Below the pieces are notes generated by a model. It was not told the origin of the DNA and searched no databases. It saw only the letters and a list, made by a program, of their open reading frames with translations. A stretch of DNA of 64,000 bases. Origin: an uncultured Actinomycetota bacterium (GTDB taxonomy: Bacteria > Actinomycetota > Actinomycetes > Streptosporangiales > Streptosporangiaceae). Where the stretch lies: positions 439,182 through 503,181 of the forward strand of contig CAWFVM010000001.1 of NCBI GenBank assembly GCA_963819285.1, written 5' to 3'. Below are positions 26,330 to 36,058 of the stretch, piece by piece. Both the position numbers and the translations under genes were made by a program. Position 1 is the stretch's first letter. Every line of letters begins with the position of its first letter.

Positions 26330-27456
26330 GTCGGCACGGCCAGCGCTGGCCTTTCTGGCGTGTCCTCGTCCCTAGCACCGTGGATTCGGCACGGATTCTG
26401 GACCGCCAGCACGCGAGCACCGCCGCCCCCTCCCAGCCGACCACGACGAGGATTCTCGTCCGCAGCCACCTTCGGACACCGTCCAGCAGCGGATCCCGGA
26501 AGGTGTACCACACGAGGGCGGTGAGGTCAGTCGCCCGCGTGCCGCTACCTGCGTTCCCGGTATCCACGACCGCCGCCACCGCTCTGTCACGGACCAGGAC
26601 ATTGCTGGGGGTTGAGAGATCGGCATGGACCATGTCCGGTGCCTCTCGTGGTGGCGGGACGCCGGCACACGCGAGCCGCAGGCGCTCGACCAGGGCCGGC
26701 ACCGCGGAGGAATACCCCGAGAGCCTGGCCGCGGACTGGCGGAGACGCGACTGCTCCGGCGTCTCGCTGAAATCCAGCCCGGCGACAGCCGATTCCTGAC
26801 CGGTGGCGACCCGCCAGGCGTACGACCAGTGGTCGTAGGGCTCGGAGGCCTGGCCAGCCTGGAGTTCGATGATCTCCATCAGCTGCCCAACAAGGGACGG
26901 GGTCAGCTCTGGCACGGCAGCCGCGTCAGCGAAGTCCGTCAGATGCCATACATGAGTGGCTGTGGCCCCCACTCCGAGCCAGGCCGGGGTGGGATAGCCG
27001 CGCCTGCGCATGTGCTCGACCACTCTCCGGGCCCGCAACGTCTCGTCCAGGTGGCTGGAGTGCGCCCGGGGCTCTGCTTTGAGCACCGCATCTGCCCTTC
27101 CGGCCAGCTGGACGCGCATGGCACCCGCATTGACGCCTCCGGGCAGGTCGCCGCCGGGGTCGGGGGTGCAACGGACGATGGTCCCGAGGTCACATGCGGG
27201 CTCCGCCCTTAGGCCGGGTGAGGTCGCGGCGGATCAGGCGTACGCAGCTCTTCCCCGCAGCCAGATCGAGCACGGTCGCTTCGAAGCCAAGCTGGCGTCG
27301 GTATTCGGGAACCGCGACCTTGAGGACTGACGGGCCCGGTCGGCGAGCGTGGCTTCGACGACCAAGGCAGCGTGTCCGCCGCGCATCGTTGCGCCGATCG
27401 TCAGCGACCAGTCCCGGGCCAAGGAGTCCAGCACCGACGGTAGACCGTCGAGCCAT
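26330..27456 (-). pseudogene. APH(6)/streptomycin-kinase-like phosphotransferase, at least 2 frame shifts (3' end uncertain)
   Basis: The N-terminus WSLTIGATMRGGHAALVVEATLAD (ORF 27234..27434) continues as VLKVAVPEYRRQLGFEATVLDLAAGKSCVRLIRRD (ORF 27190..27456). The kinase core MVHADLSTPSNVLVRDRAVAAVVDTG follows in ORF 26148..27119. The track ORF runs on into the tRNA, which is not credible. Confidence 0.6.
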
Positions 27457-27845
27457 GCCGCGTGCCCGTCGGCAAGCGCCGCGCTTCGGACTTCATCGGG
27501 AACAGTCTCATGGTGTCGCAGCTGTGCTCACATCTGAAATCGGACCACGGTGAATCGGGGTCAGTCGCGGTTACTCACGCTGACGTACTCCTATGGAGTA
27601 TCCGGGCGCTGCCCAGGATCGTGGGTCAGATCCCCTCAATTCATGCCTGGTCAGAACTAGCACTGAAGAGGGTCTCGGAAACCGGGCAGCGAAGCGTGGA
27701 ACACGCCGCGGCCGTGCCCGCTACATGCCCGATCAGAGGGTGATCAGCGGTCCCCCAGCGACCCTCTATGCCCTCGAACCTGCCAAGCCCCGCATGATCG
27801 CCGTCCCTGTGAGCGTGCCATTAGCCAGGCAGATAGAACCCGAGG

Positions 27846-28382
27846 TCAATTTGCGTCGCCATGCCATTCGGTTACCAGGACGCTGTACAGATCTGAGTCG
27901 CGCCAGCCGTCGTGTATCAGCGTCGTCTCGCGCATCCGTCCCTCGTAGCTCATCCCGAGCCGCCGCAGGACGGCAGCTGACGCGAAGTTGCGGGGGTCGC
28001 AGGTGCCGAAGACGCGGTGCAGGCTGTGCTCCTCGAACCCCATCTGGACCAGCTGGCGGGCGGCGGTAGTGGCCAGCCCCTGGCCCCAGTAGTCGGGGTG
28101 GAGCCCATAACTGATCTCACCCTGGCTGCGTCCGCGAAGGTTCAGCTCGCAATTGCCGATGACGGATCCGCCGAGAGTGATCACGTAGACGAGCCTTGTC
28201 CGAGGGGTGAAAGTCCAGGCGTGCGCTGCTGCCCGGACGAACTCACGCGTCTGGTCCGTCGTGTTGGGACCCCACGACTGATACCGGCAGACCCGCTCCT
28301 GGCTGGCCCAGGCATGAACAGCGGGCCAATCGTCCTCCTTGATCGGCCTGAGTAGTACGTCCTGCGGCCTCGGCCCGGGCAT
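27846..28382 (-). CDS. GNAT family N-acetyltransferase (RimJ/RimL-like)
   Basis: Start moved to ATG 28382 (MPGPRPQDVLLRPIKEDDW...). ISYGLHPDYWGQGLATTAARQLVQMGF is the acetyl-CoA motif A. The track ORF extension to 28544 reads through the tRNA fragment. Confidence 0.8.
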   Translation of the reverse strand: MPGPRPQDVLLRPIKEDDWPAVHAWASQERVCRYQSWGPNTTDQTREFVRAAAHAWTFTPRTRLVYVITLGGSVIGNCELNLRGRSQGEISYGLHPDYWGQGLATTAARQLVQMGFEEHSLHRVFGTCDPRNFASAAVLRRLGMSYEGRMRETTLIHDGWRDSDLYSVLVTEWHGDAN

Positions 28383-28506
28383 GTGCGTGACTATGCCACG
28401 ATCGCCGCGTAGCCGTGCCATTGGCCAGGGTGATGAGGGGGCAGTCACGGCTACTGCTGACCACTGGAACTTGCAGGTCAGTGCCCTCAGCAGCCGTAAC
28501 TGCACC

Positions 28507-28551
28507 GCTTCCCAAGCTGACAGTGCGAGTTCGATTTTCGTCACCGCTCCA
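28507..28551 (+). repeat. direct repeat of the 3' 45 nt of tRNA-Gly(CCC) (att-like scar)
   Basis: GCTTCCCAAGCTGACAGTGCGAGTTCGATTTTCGTCACCGCTCCA aligns with tRNA positions 26151-26196 with one C-to-T change and one 1-nt deletion, in the same orientation. Confidence 0.85.
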
Positions 28552-28601
28552 CTACGTCGGCCCAGGTCCCGGCAGGGTGGCGTCGGGCTGCCGGTAGTCG
28601 G

Positions 28602-29504
28602 TCAGCCAGCGGGCAGCTGGAAGTGCCAGATGACCAGGTGCGGGCGACCTCCTGAGGCCCGCCCTGCCGATGGCAGGTAGTCCGTCAGCGAGAACGGCCA
28701 GTCCTGCCAGTCGCCGATCCCGTTTGCGGGCTCGGGCAGCAGTTCGTCCGCTCTGACCGCGCGCGGTTCCTCGCATCGACTTACTAGCAGGCCATTTCTT
28801 AGCGCCGCCCGCAGGTAGTCTCCGAGCTGATGCCGGAAGGTAGGCGCGATGCGCGGCTCACCCGCCGGGCCGCGGGTCGTCATCACCGAGCCGCGGGTGA
28901 TGAGTTCGTAGTGGACATCTGAGATGACTAGGTCGCCGCCGGGGCGCAGCACGCGAGCGAACTCAGCCAGCACCGGATCGAGGCGGGGAACGTGCTCAAG
29001 CGCGAGCGCGCAGACGATGACGTCCACACTGTCATCCGGCAGCGGCAGCCGGTCAAGCTCGCCGACGTGGAACTCGGCGTGAGGGACACGCCGCCGCGCG
29101 TGGGCAAGCATGTCTGGTGAGATGTCGACGCCGATGACCCGGTGCCCGCGCCTGCCCAGGAACCCGGCGAATCGTCCGGTCCCGCAGGCGGCGTCCAGCG
29201 CCACGCCAGGCTCCCGGCTGGCAAGGTACTCAGCTACGACCGGCTCGTCGGTGGCGAACAGCCCGCCGCCAGCCTCCGCGTCGTACTCGGCCGACACCCG
29301 CTCGTAGACGTTGGCGGCGCTGACCTGCTCAACCAGCACGCCGCGGTCCCTCAACTGCTCGTCATCCAGCAGCCGCCTGATTTCGGCCAGCCGGGCCTCA
29401 GTGAATGCGCGATCGTGGTTTCCGGCCCAGGCGTCCAGCAGCGCTATGCCCTCAAGGCCGAGCAGATAGGCCAGCGGGTCCTGATAGATCACGAAAGGAA
29501 TCAT
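28602..29504 (-). CDS. class I SAM-dependent methyltransferase
   Basis: Start moved to ATG 29504 (MIPFVIYQDP...). ALDAACGTGRFAGFLGRRGHRVIGVDISPDML is motif I; LRPGGDLVISD is also present. The 190-aa N-terminal extension in the track ORF is read-through of the DinB remnant and the poly-G. Confidence 0.8.
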   Translation of the reverse strand: MIPFVIYQDPLAYLLGLEGIALLDAWAGNHDRAFTEARLAEIRRLLDDEQLRDRGVLVEQVSAANVYERVSAEYDAEAGGGLFATDEPVVAEYLASREPGVALDAACGTGRFAGFLGRRGHRVIGVDISPDMLAHARRRVPHAEFHVGELDRLPLPDDSVDVIVCALALEHVPRLDPVLAEFARVLRPGGDLVISDVHYELITRGSVMTTRGPAGEPRIAPTFRHQLGDYLRAALRNGLLVSRCEEPRAVRADELLPEPANGIGDWQDWPFSLTDYLPSAGRASGGRPHLVIWHFQLPAG

Positions 29505-29721
29505 AGACAGGCAGCTGCCAGGCCGCCCATCCGTTTTCGGGCGGCACCAACGCCACGCGATCCTCGCGCGGTTCTCGGCTGACGCTGGCACGACGGGTTC
29601 ACGGCCATTGCCCAAACCATTTGCGCAATCAGATCTATCGCCGTCGACTTTTCCTTTCCGAAGATCACAAGCCTGACGCGCCTTAGGCGGGCATGGGCGA
29701 TTAGGCGGATCGTCGATCTCG

Positions 29722-30174
<453 letters not shown>

Positions 30175-30313
30175 CCTCCGACACTAGGGATCGACAGGAT
30201 GAGCAGGTGACGAGGTGGTCAAATCACTTCAGATCAAGATTGCCGGGCTATGTTCCTCAATCTTGCCGCGCGACGCCTCCGTGAGTCAGTAATCGTCTTA
30301 CCTTGCGCGTAGG

Positions 30314-31525
30314 CTACGGGAGCAGGGATGAGGTCGAGATGAGTGCGCAAACGTACGATTTCATTCCTGAGGTGGCGCGAGATCCGGCGAAGAGTCTCCG
30401 TGCCATCCGGGCCGCCCTACTGGTGCCGCAGGACCGCGAGGCGTTCGCAAAGCCCACGAGCGACCCGATAGCCGCAAGCGCCGCCGCGACAATAATAATA
30501 GTGCCAGGCAGGAACGGGACAGCGGCGATCAAAGCAGCGGCAGGAAGGAACGCCAGTGCGCCGGCGAGAAAAGGCTGGCGGAACTGGGTGGCCTGGCCAG
30601 CGGCCAGGATGCCGAGAAGGGCACCCCCGGCGAAGGCGGCGAGCAGGATGCCGTAGCCGCGGGCACCGGCATGCAGGGGGCCGTGCGCCAGCGACGGCAC
30701 GCCCACCTCGCCGCAACCGGCCAGACCCAGATTGCTGGCCGTTGAGACCAGCAAAATCGCCTGCAAGATGCGCTCGGACCGCAACAGGGACCGAAGCGTC
30801 GGCGGTTCCGCGCCATCGTCGGCGGGGGCGGGCAGGACCTGCGGCGAAGCGGGCCGGCTGCCGGAGGCCCGGAGTTCGGCAGCCGGAGGCCCGGAGTTCG
30901 GCAGCCGGGGAGGCCGTGTCCTGGTGACCCCGCATGGCCCTGCGAACTCCCACCAGGGTCAGCGCGGACACGACGAAGGACACCGCGTCGACGCCGAAAG
31001 CGCGCGCTGAACCAAGGAAGGCAACTGCAGCGCCGCCGATCGCCGGTCCGGCGAGATTGACGACCTGGCCTCCGCCCGAGAGCAAGGCATTGCCGGCCTG
31101 GAGTTCGTCGGCGGGCAGCAGCGCCGGGGCGATAGCGAACGTCGCGGGCAGGGATAGCCCGTCGGCAGCGCCGAAGACCGCACCGATGGGCAGCAGCCAC
31201 AGAGCCCGGGCTGGCCCCAGCGCCGCCACCACGGCTAATGCGGCGACCGCTCCGGCGCGCGTCCAGTCCGCCGCCAGCATGACCGTCCACGGCCGCCACC
31301 GGTCGCTGGCGTGCCCGCCGATCACGATCAGCGCGGTCCTGGGGATCCCGTAGGCGGCCAGCGCGGTTCCGAGGAGCACCACCCCGCCGTGGCTGGCCAG
31401 TACGTACCAGGGGAGGGCAATTACGTACAGGTTGTCGCCAATGTAGGACCGTTCTGCCCGGCCAGCAGAAAACCGAACCCCCTGTGGCGGAGCGGTGCCA
31501 GGCTACGTCTTAAAGCCCAAGGCAT
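30314..31525 (-). pseudogene. MFS transporter (MFS_3/DHA3-like), several frame shifts including a 22-bp duplication
   Basis: The N-terminus MPWALRRSLAPLRHRGFGFLLAGQ (ORF 31421..31789) is followed by ..YIGDNLYVIA.PWYVLASHGGVVLLGTALAAYGIPRT... (ORF 30417..31382). Next comes SERILQAILLVSTASNLG...GYGILLAAFAGGALLG... (ORF 30314..30784). Confidence 0.7.
30860..30903. repeat. perfect 22-bp tandem duplication that frameshifts the MFS gene
   Basis: GCCGGAGGCCCGGAGTTCGGCA occurs twice back to back (30860-30881 and 30882-30903). Removing one copy joins ...ASPAAELRASG to SRPASPQVLPAPADDGAEPPTLRSLLRSERILQAILLV... in a single frame. Confidence 0.95.
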
Positions 31526-31548
31526 GCGCGCGCGGCTGACGCGGGGCA

Positions 31549-32076
31549 TCATGCAGGCCCAGGAGGGCGCCGGGGATTCAGCTGGTCCAGCTCCTCGGCC
31601 GTTACGAAGAACGTGTACTCGCTGTCGCCGGCCGCGTCCCGCCAGGCCTTCGGATAGTTCGCCCTGGTGTCTAGCCACGTCCGGTATCGCGCGAACTGGC
31701 GCTCGCGAGCCATCCGCACCAGGGCCATCACGGCCTCCGGGTCGTCGTCGGCCGGCGTGAACTCCCTGCCGATCGAGGTCATGCGCCACGGCCTCGAACG
31801 GCCCGGGCGCTGGCCGGCGTCTTCGACGAAGCCGTACTTGGCAAGCTGCCGCAGGTGGAATGACAGGCTCAGCGCCTCGATCAGGGCAATCCGCACCGGA
31901 TGCGCCAGCGCCCGCATCGTCCTGGCGTCGGTGACCTGCCGCAAGCCGGAGTCCGTGCTAGCCGCAGCGCCGCCCGGACCCGGCGGTCTCAAATGCCGTT
32001 CCGAGTCGCTACGGGTGTAGAAATTTGCTACACCCGTGGCATGACTGCGATACCAGCTAGGGACCGGCGGAATCAC
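31549..32076 (-). CDS. ArsR-like winged-helix regulator, apparently degenerate (internal in-frame deletion, aberrant C-terminus)
   Basis: RQVTDARTMRALAHPVRIALIEALSLS-FHLRQLAKYGFVEDAG...RPWR. In the homologues I recall, about 20 residues (the recognition-helix region, ...GPLTA.E...L.ES....S) lie between ALS and FHLRQ. The C-terminus after AEELDQLN is also atypical. Paired with the decayed MFS gene. Confidence 0.55.
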   Translation of the reverse strand: MIPPVPSWYRSHATGVANFYTRSDSERHLRPPGPGGAAASTDSGLRQVTDARTMRALAHPVRIALIEALSLSFHLRQLAKYGFVEDAGQRPGRSRPWRMTSIGREFTPADDDPEAVMALVRMARERQFARYRTWLDTRANYPKAWRDAAGDSEYTFFVTAEELDQLNPRRPPGPA

Positions 32077-32370
32077 ACAGCAGATGTGCTGCGCCGAGTG
32101 GAGACTGGGGAAGAGATCGAGGTCGTGCGAGACAACCGGCCCGTAGCCAAGATCATCCGGTTGTCCAGCGTCCCTCGATTAGGCGGTCTCCGGAAGTTGC
32201 ATGGGGACACGGAAGCGACGGACCTCCTGTGGCCAGCCGCAGGCCACGGCGATCTTTCCGGCCCACAGCCGCGCCGCTTCCTCATCGACCACATCCACCA
32301 CAGCGAAACCGCCGAGGTGCTCCTTGGACTCGACGAACGGGCCGTCGGTGAACAGGGGCGTGCCGCTTGA
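32041..32370 (+). pseudogene. Phd/YefM-type antitoxin remnant (no toxin partner)
   Basis: MTAIPARDRRNHTADVLRRVETGEEIEVVRDNRPVAKIIRLS matches the Phd/YefM N-terminal fold. The rest of the track ORF overlaps the yciI-like gene on the opposite strand and is not credible, so the true end is unknown. Confidence 0.35.
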
Positions 32371-32544
32371 CGCATCGACACTGAACACTGGGGCAGCATC
32401 GTCCAGGCCGCCGGTGAAGATGAATACCCCGGCCGCCTTCATTTCTGCCAGCAACGGCCTGAGCGCCCTGGACTTCTCGCGCAACTCCTCGATCGTGTGG
32501 TCGGGCACCCACTCATCGTTGAAGGCGATGAGATACTCGGTCAT
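32179..32544 (-). CDS. YciI-like (DGPF domain) protein
   Basis: Start moved to ATG 32544, after AAGGAGGAGAC. MTEYLIAFNDEW...AGVFIFTGGLDD...DGPFVESKEHLGGFAVVDV. Confidence 0.8.
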   Translation of the reverse strand: MTEYLIAFNDEWVPDHTIEELREKSRALRPLLAEMKAAGVFIFTGGLDDAAPVFSVDASSGTPLFTDGPFVESKEHLGGFAVVDVVDEEAARLWAGKIAVACGWPQEVRRFRVPMQLPETA

Positions 32545-32854
32545 GTCTCCTCCTTGGCACGGGGTGGCCCCCTGCGGACACCTTCTTACCCTCTCCACGA
32601 ACGGCGGCGCCCCGATCCGACACTGCGTCAGGGATTTTTCTGACGTTAGTGACCGCCTGCCCCGCGAGAGGCATCTCGGCCGGACGGGGAAGTTTCATGA
32701 ACAACTCAAGCCAACCGGCACCGCCCGGAGCGATCTTCCGGGTGCCGCAGGCCTTGAGGGATCCGCGGTTGCGCGAATGACGGGCACCAGGCAGCCCTAA
32801 GGCCAGCCATCCGAAAAGATCGCGCGGGAAATGCGGGCAGGAGGCAGGACCGAC

Positions 32855-33640
32855 ATGATTGTTCATCGCCTGAGCGAACGGCCCGATCTGATTGATCGCC
32901 TGGACGAGGTTGATCCGGGCTGGCCGGAGTTCATGACGGCTGATCCGGTGATGAATGCCTTCTTCGGGCAAGTCGCGGGTGCGTTTCCGCATTTGTGCGT
33001 GGCGGCGACGGATGCCAGCGGCGCGGTCGCCGCCACCGGCCGGGCGATGGCACTCACTCTTGACCTGCCGGGCCGGGGCGCCCTGCCAGACGGCGGGCTG
33101 GACCGGGCAATGGTGTGGGCGTTCAGCGACCGGCTGGCGGGCCGCACCCCGGACACCGCCTGCGCCGTGGAAATCGCGATCGGGCAGCGGCACCGGGGGA
33201 GCGGCCTGTCCCACCGGATGCTAGCCGCGCTCCGCGACGCGGCCAGGAACGCCGGGCTGGCCCGGCTGGTGGCGCCCGTGCGGCCGAATGGCAAGCACCG
33301 GTATCCGGCCCTGCCGATGACCGGGTACATCACGATGGTGCGAGAAGATGGCCTGCCCGCCGACCCGTGGCTGCGAGCACACGTACGAGCCGGCGGGAAG
33401 ATCAGGCAGGTAGCGCAGGCATCGATGGTCATGCCCGGCTCGCTGGCGCAGTGGCGGGAATGGACCGGACTGCCCTTTGACCGTACCGGCGACGTGATCG
33501 TGCCAGAGGCGCTGGTCCCCGTGCACTGCGACACGGAACACGACCATGCTGTTTACGTAGAGCCCAACATCTGGGTTGAGCACGCGCTACCCGACGCCGG
33601 GCACGGGGTGATTCGTCGGTCAGTTCCGGGTCAGGAATAG
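32855..33640 (+). CDS. GNAT-fold N-acetyltransferase-like protein
   Basis: ATG 32855 follows AGGAGG. AVEIAIGQRHRGSGLSHRMLAALRDAARNAGLARLVAPVRP resembles GNAT motif A. Substrate unknown. Confidence 0.6.
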   Translation: MIVHRLSERPDLIDRLDEVDPGWPEFMTADPVMNAFFGQVAGAFPHLCVAATDASGAVAATGRAMALTLDLPGRGALPDGGLDRAMVWAFSDRLAGRTPDTACAVEIAIGQRHRGSGLSHRMLAALRDAARNAGLARLVAPVRPNGKHRYPALPMTGYITMVREDGLPADPWLRAHVRAGGKIRQVAQASMVMPGSLAQWREWTGLPFDRTGDVIVPEALVPVHCDTEHDHAVYVEPNIWVEHALPDAGHGVIRRSVPGQE

Positions 33641-33988
33641 CACCTGTCCGCGCTGGATCTGGGGTGTCCTGTCGAGCGGCGCGGCAAGGGCACTAGCGAT
33701 AGCCGCTGTGAAGGTGCGGTTCTGCGGGAAGGTCTTGGTGGATACCAGGATCAGCCCGGCATGGGGCTGGCCGACAGCGCGGTATCGGCCGTCAATGGGG
33801 ATGAAGTCCTTGATCTTGGCGGTAACCAGCGCGCGGCCTGCGTCTGTCGCCCGTGCGAGAATCTGGTCGTCGGGGAGAGCTAGCAATGTCGTGTCGGCGA
33901 CTACAGAGGTCACATCTTGACCTTTGCCGCGCAACTGCCGGGCGATGCTGTCGGAGAACATCTCATCGAGCAGCAGTGGCTGGCTCAT
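33620..33988 (-). CDS. DUF5615/PIN-like toxin candidate
   Basis: MSQPLLLDEMFSDSIARQL...DDQILARATDAGRALVTAKIKDF...PHAGLILV follows the LLDE..(D.IL..A...GR.LVT.D.DF)..H.G.IL pattern of DUF5615. Its ATG lies 3 nt after the upstream gene's stop. Confidence 0.6.
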   Translation of the reverse strand: MSQPLLLDEMFSDSIARQLRGKGQDVTSVVADTTLLALPDDQILARATDAGRALVTAKIKDFIPIDGRYRAVGQPHAGLILVSTKTFPQNRTFTAAIASALAAPLDRTPQIQRGQVLFLTRN

Positions 33989-33990
33989 TG

Positions 33991-34437
33991 CTATCCGACC
34001 AGGAGTTGGCGTTCGCGTAGCCAAGCCCGTTCGGCGGAATCCTCCGAGGCGTCGGCGGCGGCGATTTCGGCGTCCACTTCGCTGGGGTAGACGGCCCAGT
34101 AGCGGACGGCTCTGCTCAGCAGGTGGGGTGTCACTCCGGTGTTGTCACTGACCAGCTTCAGCAGGTCGTGGCTGTCGAGTTCAGGCTCAGCCGCGTGTGC
34201 GGGCCTGACCGCGCGGATGACTTCCCATACATCGGGGCCTCCGGCCAGGCCGGCGCGCCGCCCGGTAGGGCCGACCCTGAAGACGACACCGGGGGTGCTC
34301 TGCCATCCGCAATGACTCATCCACCAGCCGGTTCGCGGCTGAAGACATCGACATGCCAGGACTCGCGGCCACGAAGGAGACCAGCCGGTCTGCGACCGGC
34401 GGGTCAAATCTGACTGGCGTAGCTGGACGTTTGGTCA
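33991..34437 (-). pseudogene. antitoxin-like DNA-binding protein (VapB45/DUF433-like neighbourhood), one +1 shift
   Basis: MTKRPATPVRFDPPVADRLVSFVAASPGMSMSSAANRLVDESLRMAEHP (ORF 34187..34576) continues as GVVFRVGPTGRRAGLAGGPDVWEVIRAV...SEVDAEIAAADA (ORF 33991..34407). The shift sits in a CCCCC run near 34296. Confidence 0.5.
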
Positions 34438-34641
34438 TGACTACGTTGTAGTCGGTCGGAGTTGCGCTGAGCAAATAAGATGCCGCCTTCCGAAGATTCG
34501 ATCCGCTCGACGGCGGTTGCGAGACCGGTGCCGCGCAACGCCGCCCGGGTTCCTCGGGTGATGACATCTGCCGCACGTCAGCACATACTTCCGTTAAGCG
34601 TCAGGAACAAGACGGACGAAACAGAAACGACGGGGGACGTC

Positions 34642-35280
34642 ATGAGCAAGGGATCTGCGTCGCACTACCTCAAAGTGCTCAGCGTGCTGGCGGCGCCTCT
34701 CGTCCTGGTGGGCCTGACCGGCTCACCGGGGAGTGCGGCTACCGCGGCGACTCCGACCTTTTTCGGGGCCAAGCTGACGACCCACAGCCAGCCGTCCAAC
34801 GCCCAGGACGGCCAGAGGTGCGACGAAAACCGCGGCATCCGCGACGGCGCCACCTGCACCTGGGTGGCCATCAGCGCGTTCGAGAACGGCAGCCACTTCA
34901 CGGCCCCGAGGACGGGGACCGTCAAGCACGTGAAGCTGGTGTCGTGCAAGGCCGGGAAATTCCGGCTCCAGCTGGCCAAGGCCAGCCCGAGCACCCGCAA
35001 GGCCCAGATCGTGGTTCAAGGTCCCGAGATCTCCTACGCCGGCCAGAGTCCGTGCGGCGGTGCCAGCGGCGACCAGTACGTGGTCCAGAGCTTCAAGGTC
35101 AGCTTGCATGTCACCAAGGGTGACTACATCGCCATCAAGGCCATCTCCACCGGAACGTTGTCGTGCTCGGGTGGCGACGGCTTTCTCCTGTACGGCCCGC
35201 CGCTGCCCGTGGGCGGTCCGCTGAAGGTGTCACACTCGGGGGCCAGCTGCGACCTCCTGGTCCAGCTCAGCTACAAGTAG
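34642..35280 (+). CDS. secreted hypothetical protein (signal peptide, Cys-containing beta-rich)
   Basis: Start moved to ATG 34642. MSKGSASHYLKVLSVLAAPLVLVGLTGSPGSAATA is signal-peptide-like. No family recognised. Confidence 0.6.
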   Translation: MSKGSASHYLKVLSVLAAPLVLVGLTGSPGSAATAATPTFFGAKLTTHSQPSNAQDGQRCDENRGIRDGATCTWVAISAFENGSHFTAPRTGTVKHVKLVSCKAGKFRLQLAKASPSTRKAQIVVQGPEISYAGQSPCGGASGDQYVVQSFKVSLHVTKGDYIAIKAISTGTLSCSGGDGFLLYGPPLPVGGPLKVSHSGASCDLLVQLSYK

Positions 35281-35293
35281 GCGATACGCGGAT

Positions 35294-36041
35294 ATGTCCA
35301 GCGCGCAGCTGTATGACACCATCGGAGCCACTTACGCGGTGACGCGGCGTACCGAGCCTCGGATCGCCGCGAGGGTCTGGGCCGCGCTCGGCGATGCGCG
35401 GACGGTACTGAATGTCGGGGCTGGCACCGGCTCTTACGAGCCCCCCGACCGTGACGTCACGGCGGTGGAGCCATCGGCGGTGATGCGGGCGCAGCGTCCT
35501 GCTGGTGCGGCACCGTGCGTGGCTGCCGTCGCGGAGAATCTTCCGTTCGCTGACCAGTCCTTCGACGCCGCGATGGCTTTCAGCACCACGCATCACTGGA
35601 AGGACCCGATCGCCGGATTGCGTGAGATGCGGCGCGTGGCCCGCCGCGTGGTGGTGTTCACGTTCGACGCCAGCGACGCCGGATGGCACCGTCGGTTCTG
35701 GCTGACCCGCGACTACCTGCCTGAGGTCGCTGGCCTGCTCGGGGGGTGGCCTTCGCTGTCCGAGCTGGCTGGTGCGATCGGAGCTCGGGCCGAGCCGGTG
35801 CCCGTTCCCTGGGACTGCGCCGACGGCTTCTTCGAGGCCCACTGGCGCCGGCCAGAAGCCTACCTGGACGATCGGGTACGCCGAGGCGTGTCGGTGTGGT
35901 CAAGAGTGGGGCAGCAGGTCGAGCAGCGGGTTGTACGCGAGTTGCGTGATGACCTTGGCTCAGGCCGGTGGGCCGAACGCAACCACGACCTCGCCGCTCT
36001 CGACGAAGCGGAAGCTCGGGCTCCGCCTGCTCGTGGCCTGA
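35294..36041 (+). pseudogene. class I SAM-dependent methyltransferase, one +1 shift 30 nt before its stop
   Basis: VLNVGAGTGSYEPPDRDVTAVEPS is motif I. At 36011 (GAAGCTC), deleting one A gives ...HDLAALDEAELGLRLLVA-stop (frame of ORF 35772..36041). As written, the ORF fuses into the next gene. Confidence 0.75.
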
Positions 36042-36058
36042 GCCGGTACGCTGGAATC

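Noticed and set aside
26197-28507. An integrase or excisionase in the tRNA-flanked islet
   Set aside because: All six frames were inspected. Only the APH(6)-like remnant and a GNAT are present, and nothing resembles a tyrosine or serine recombinase.
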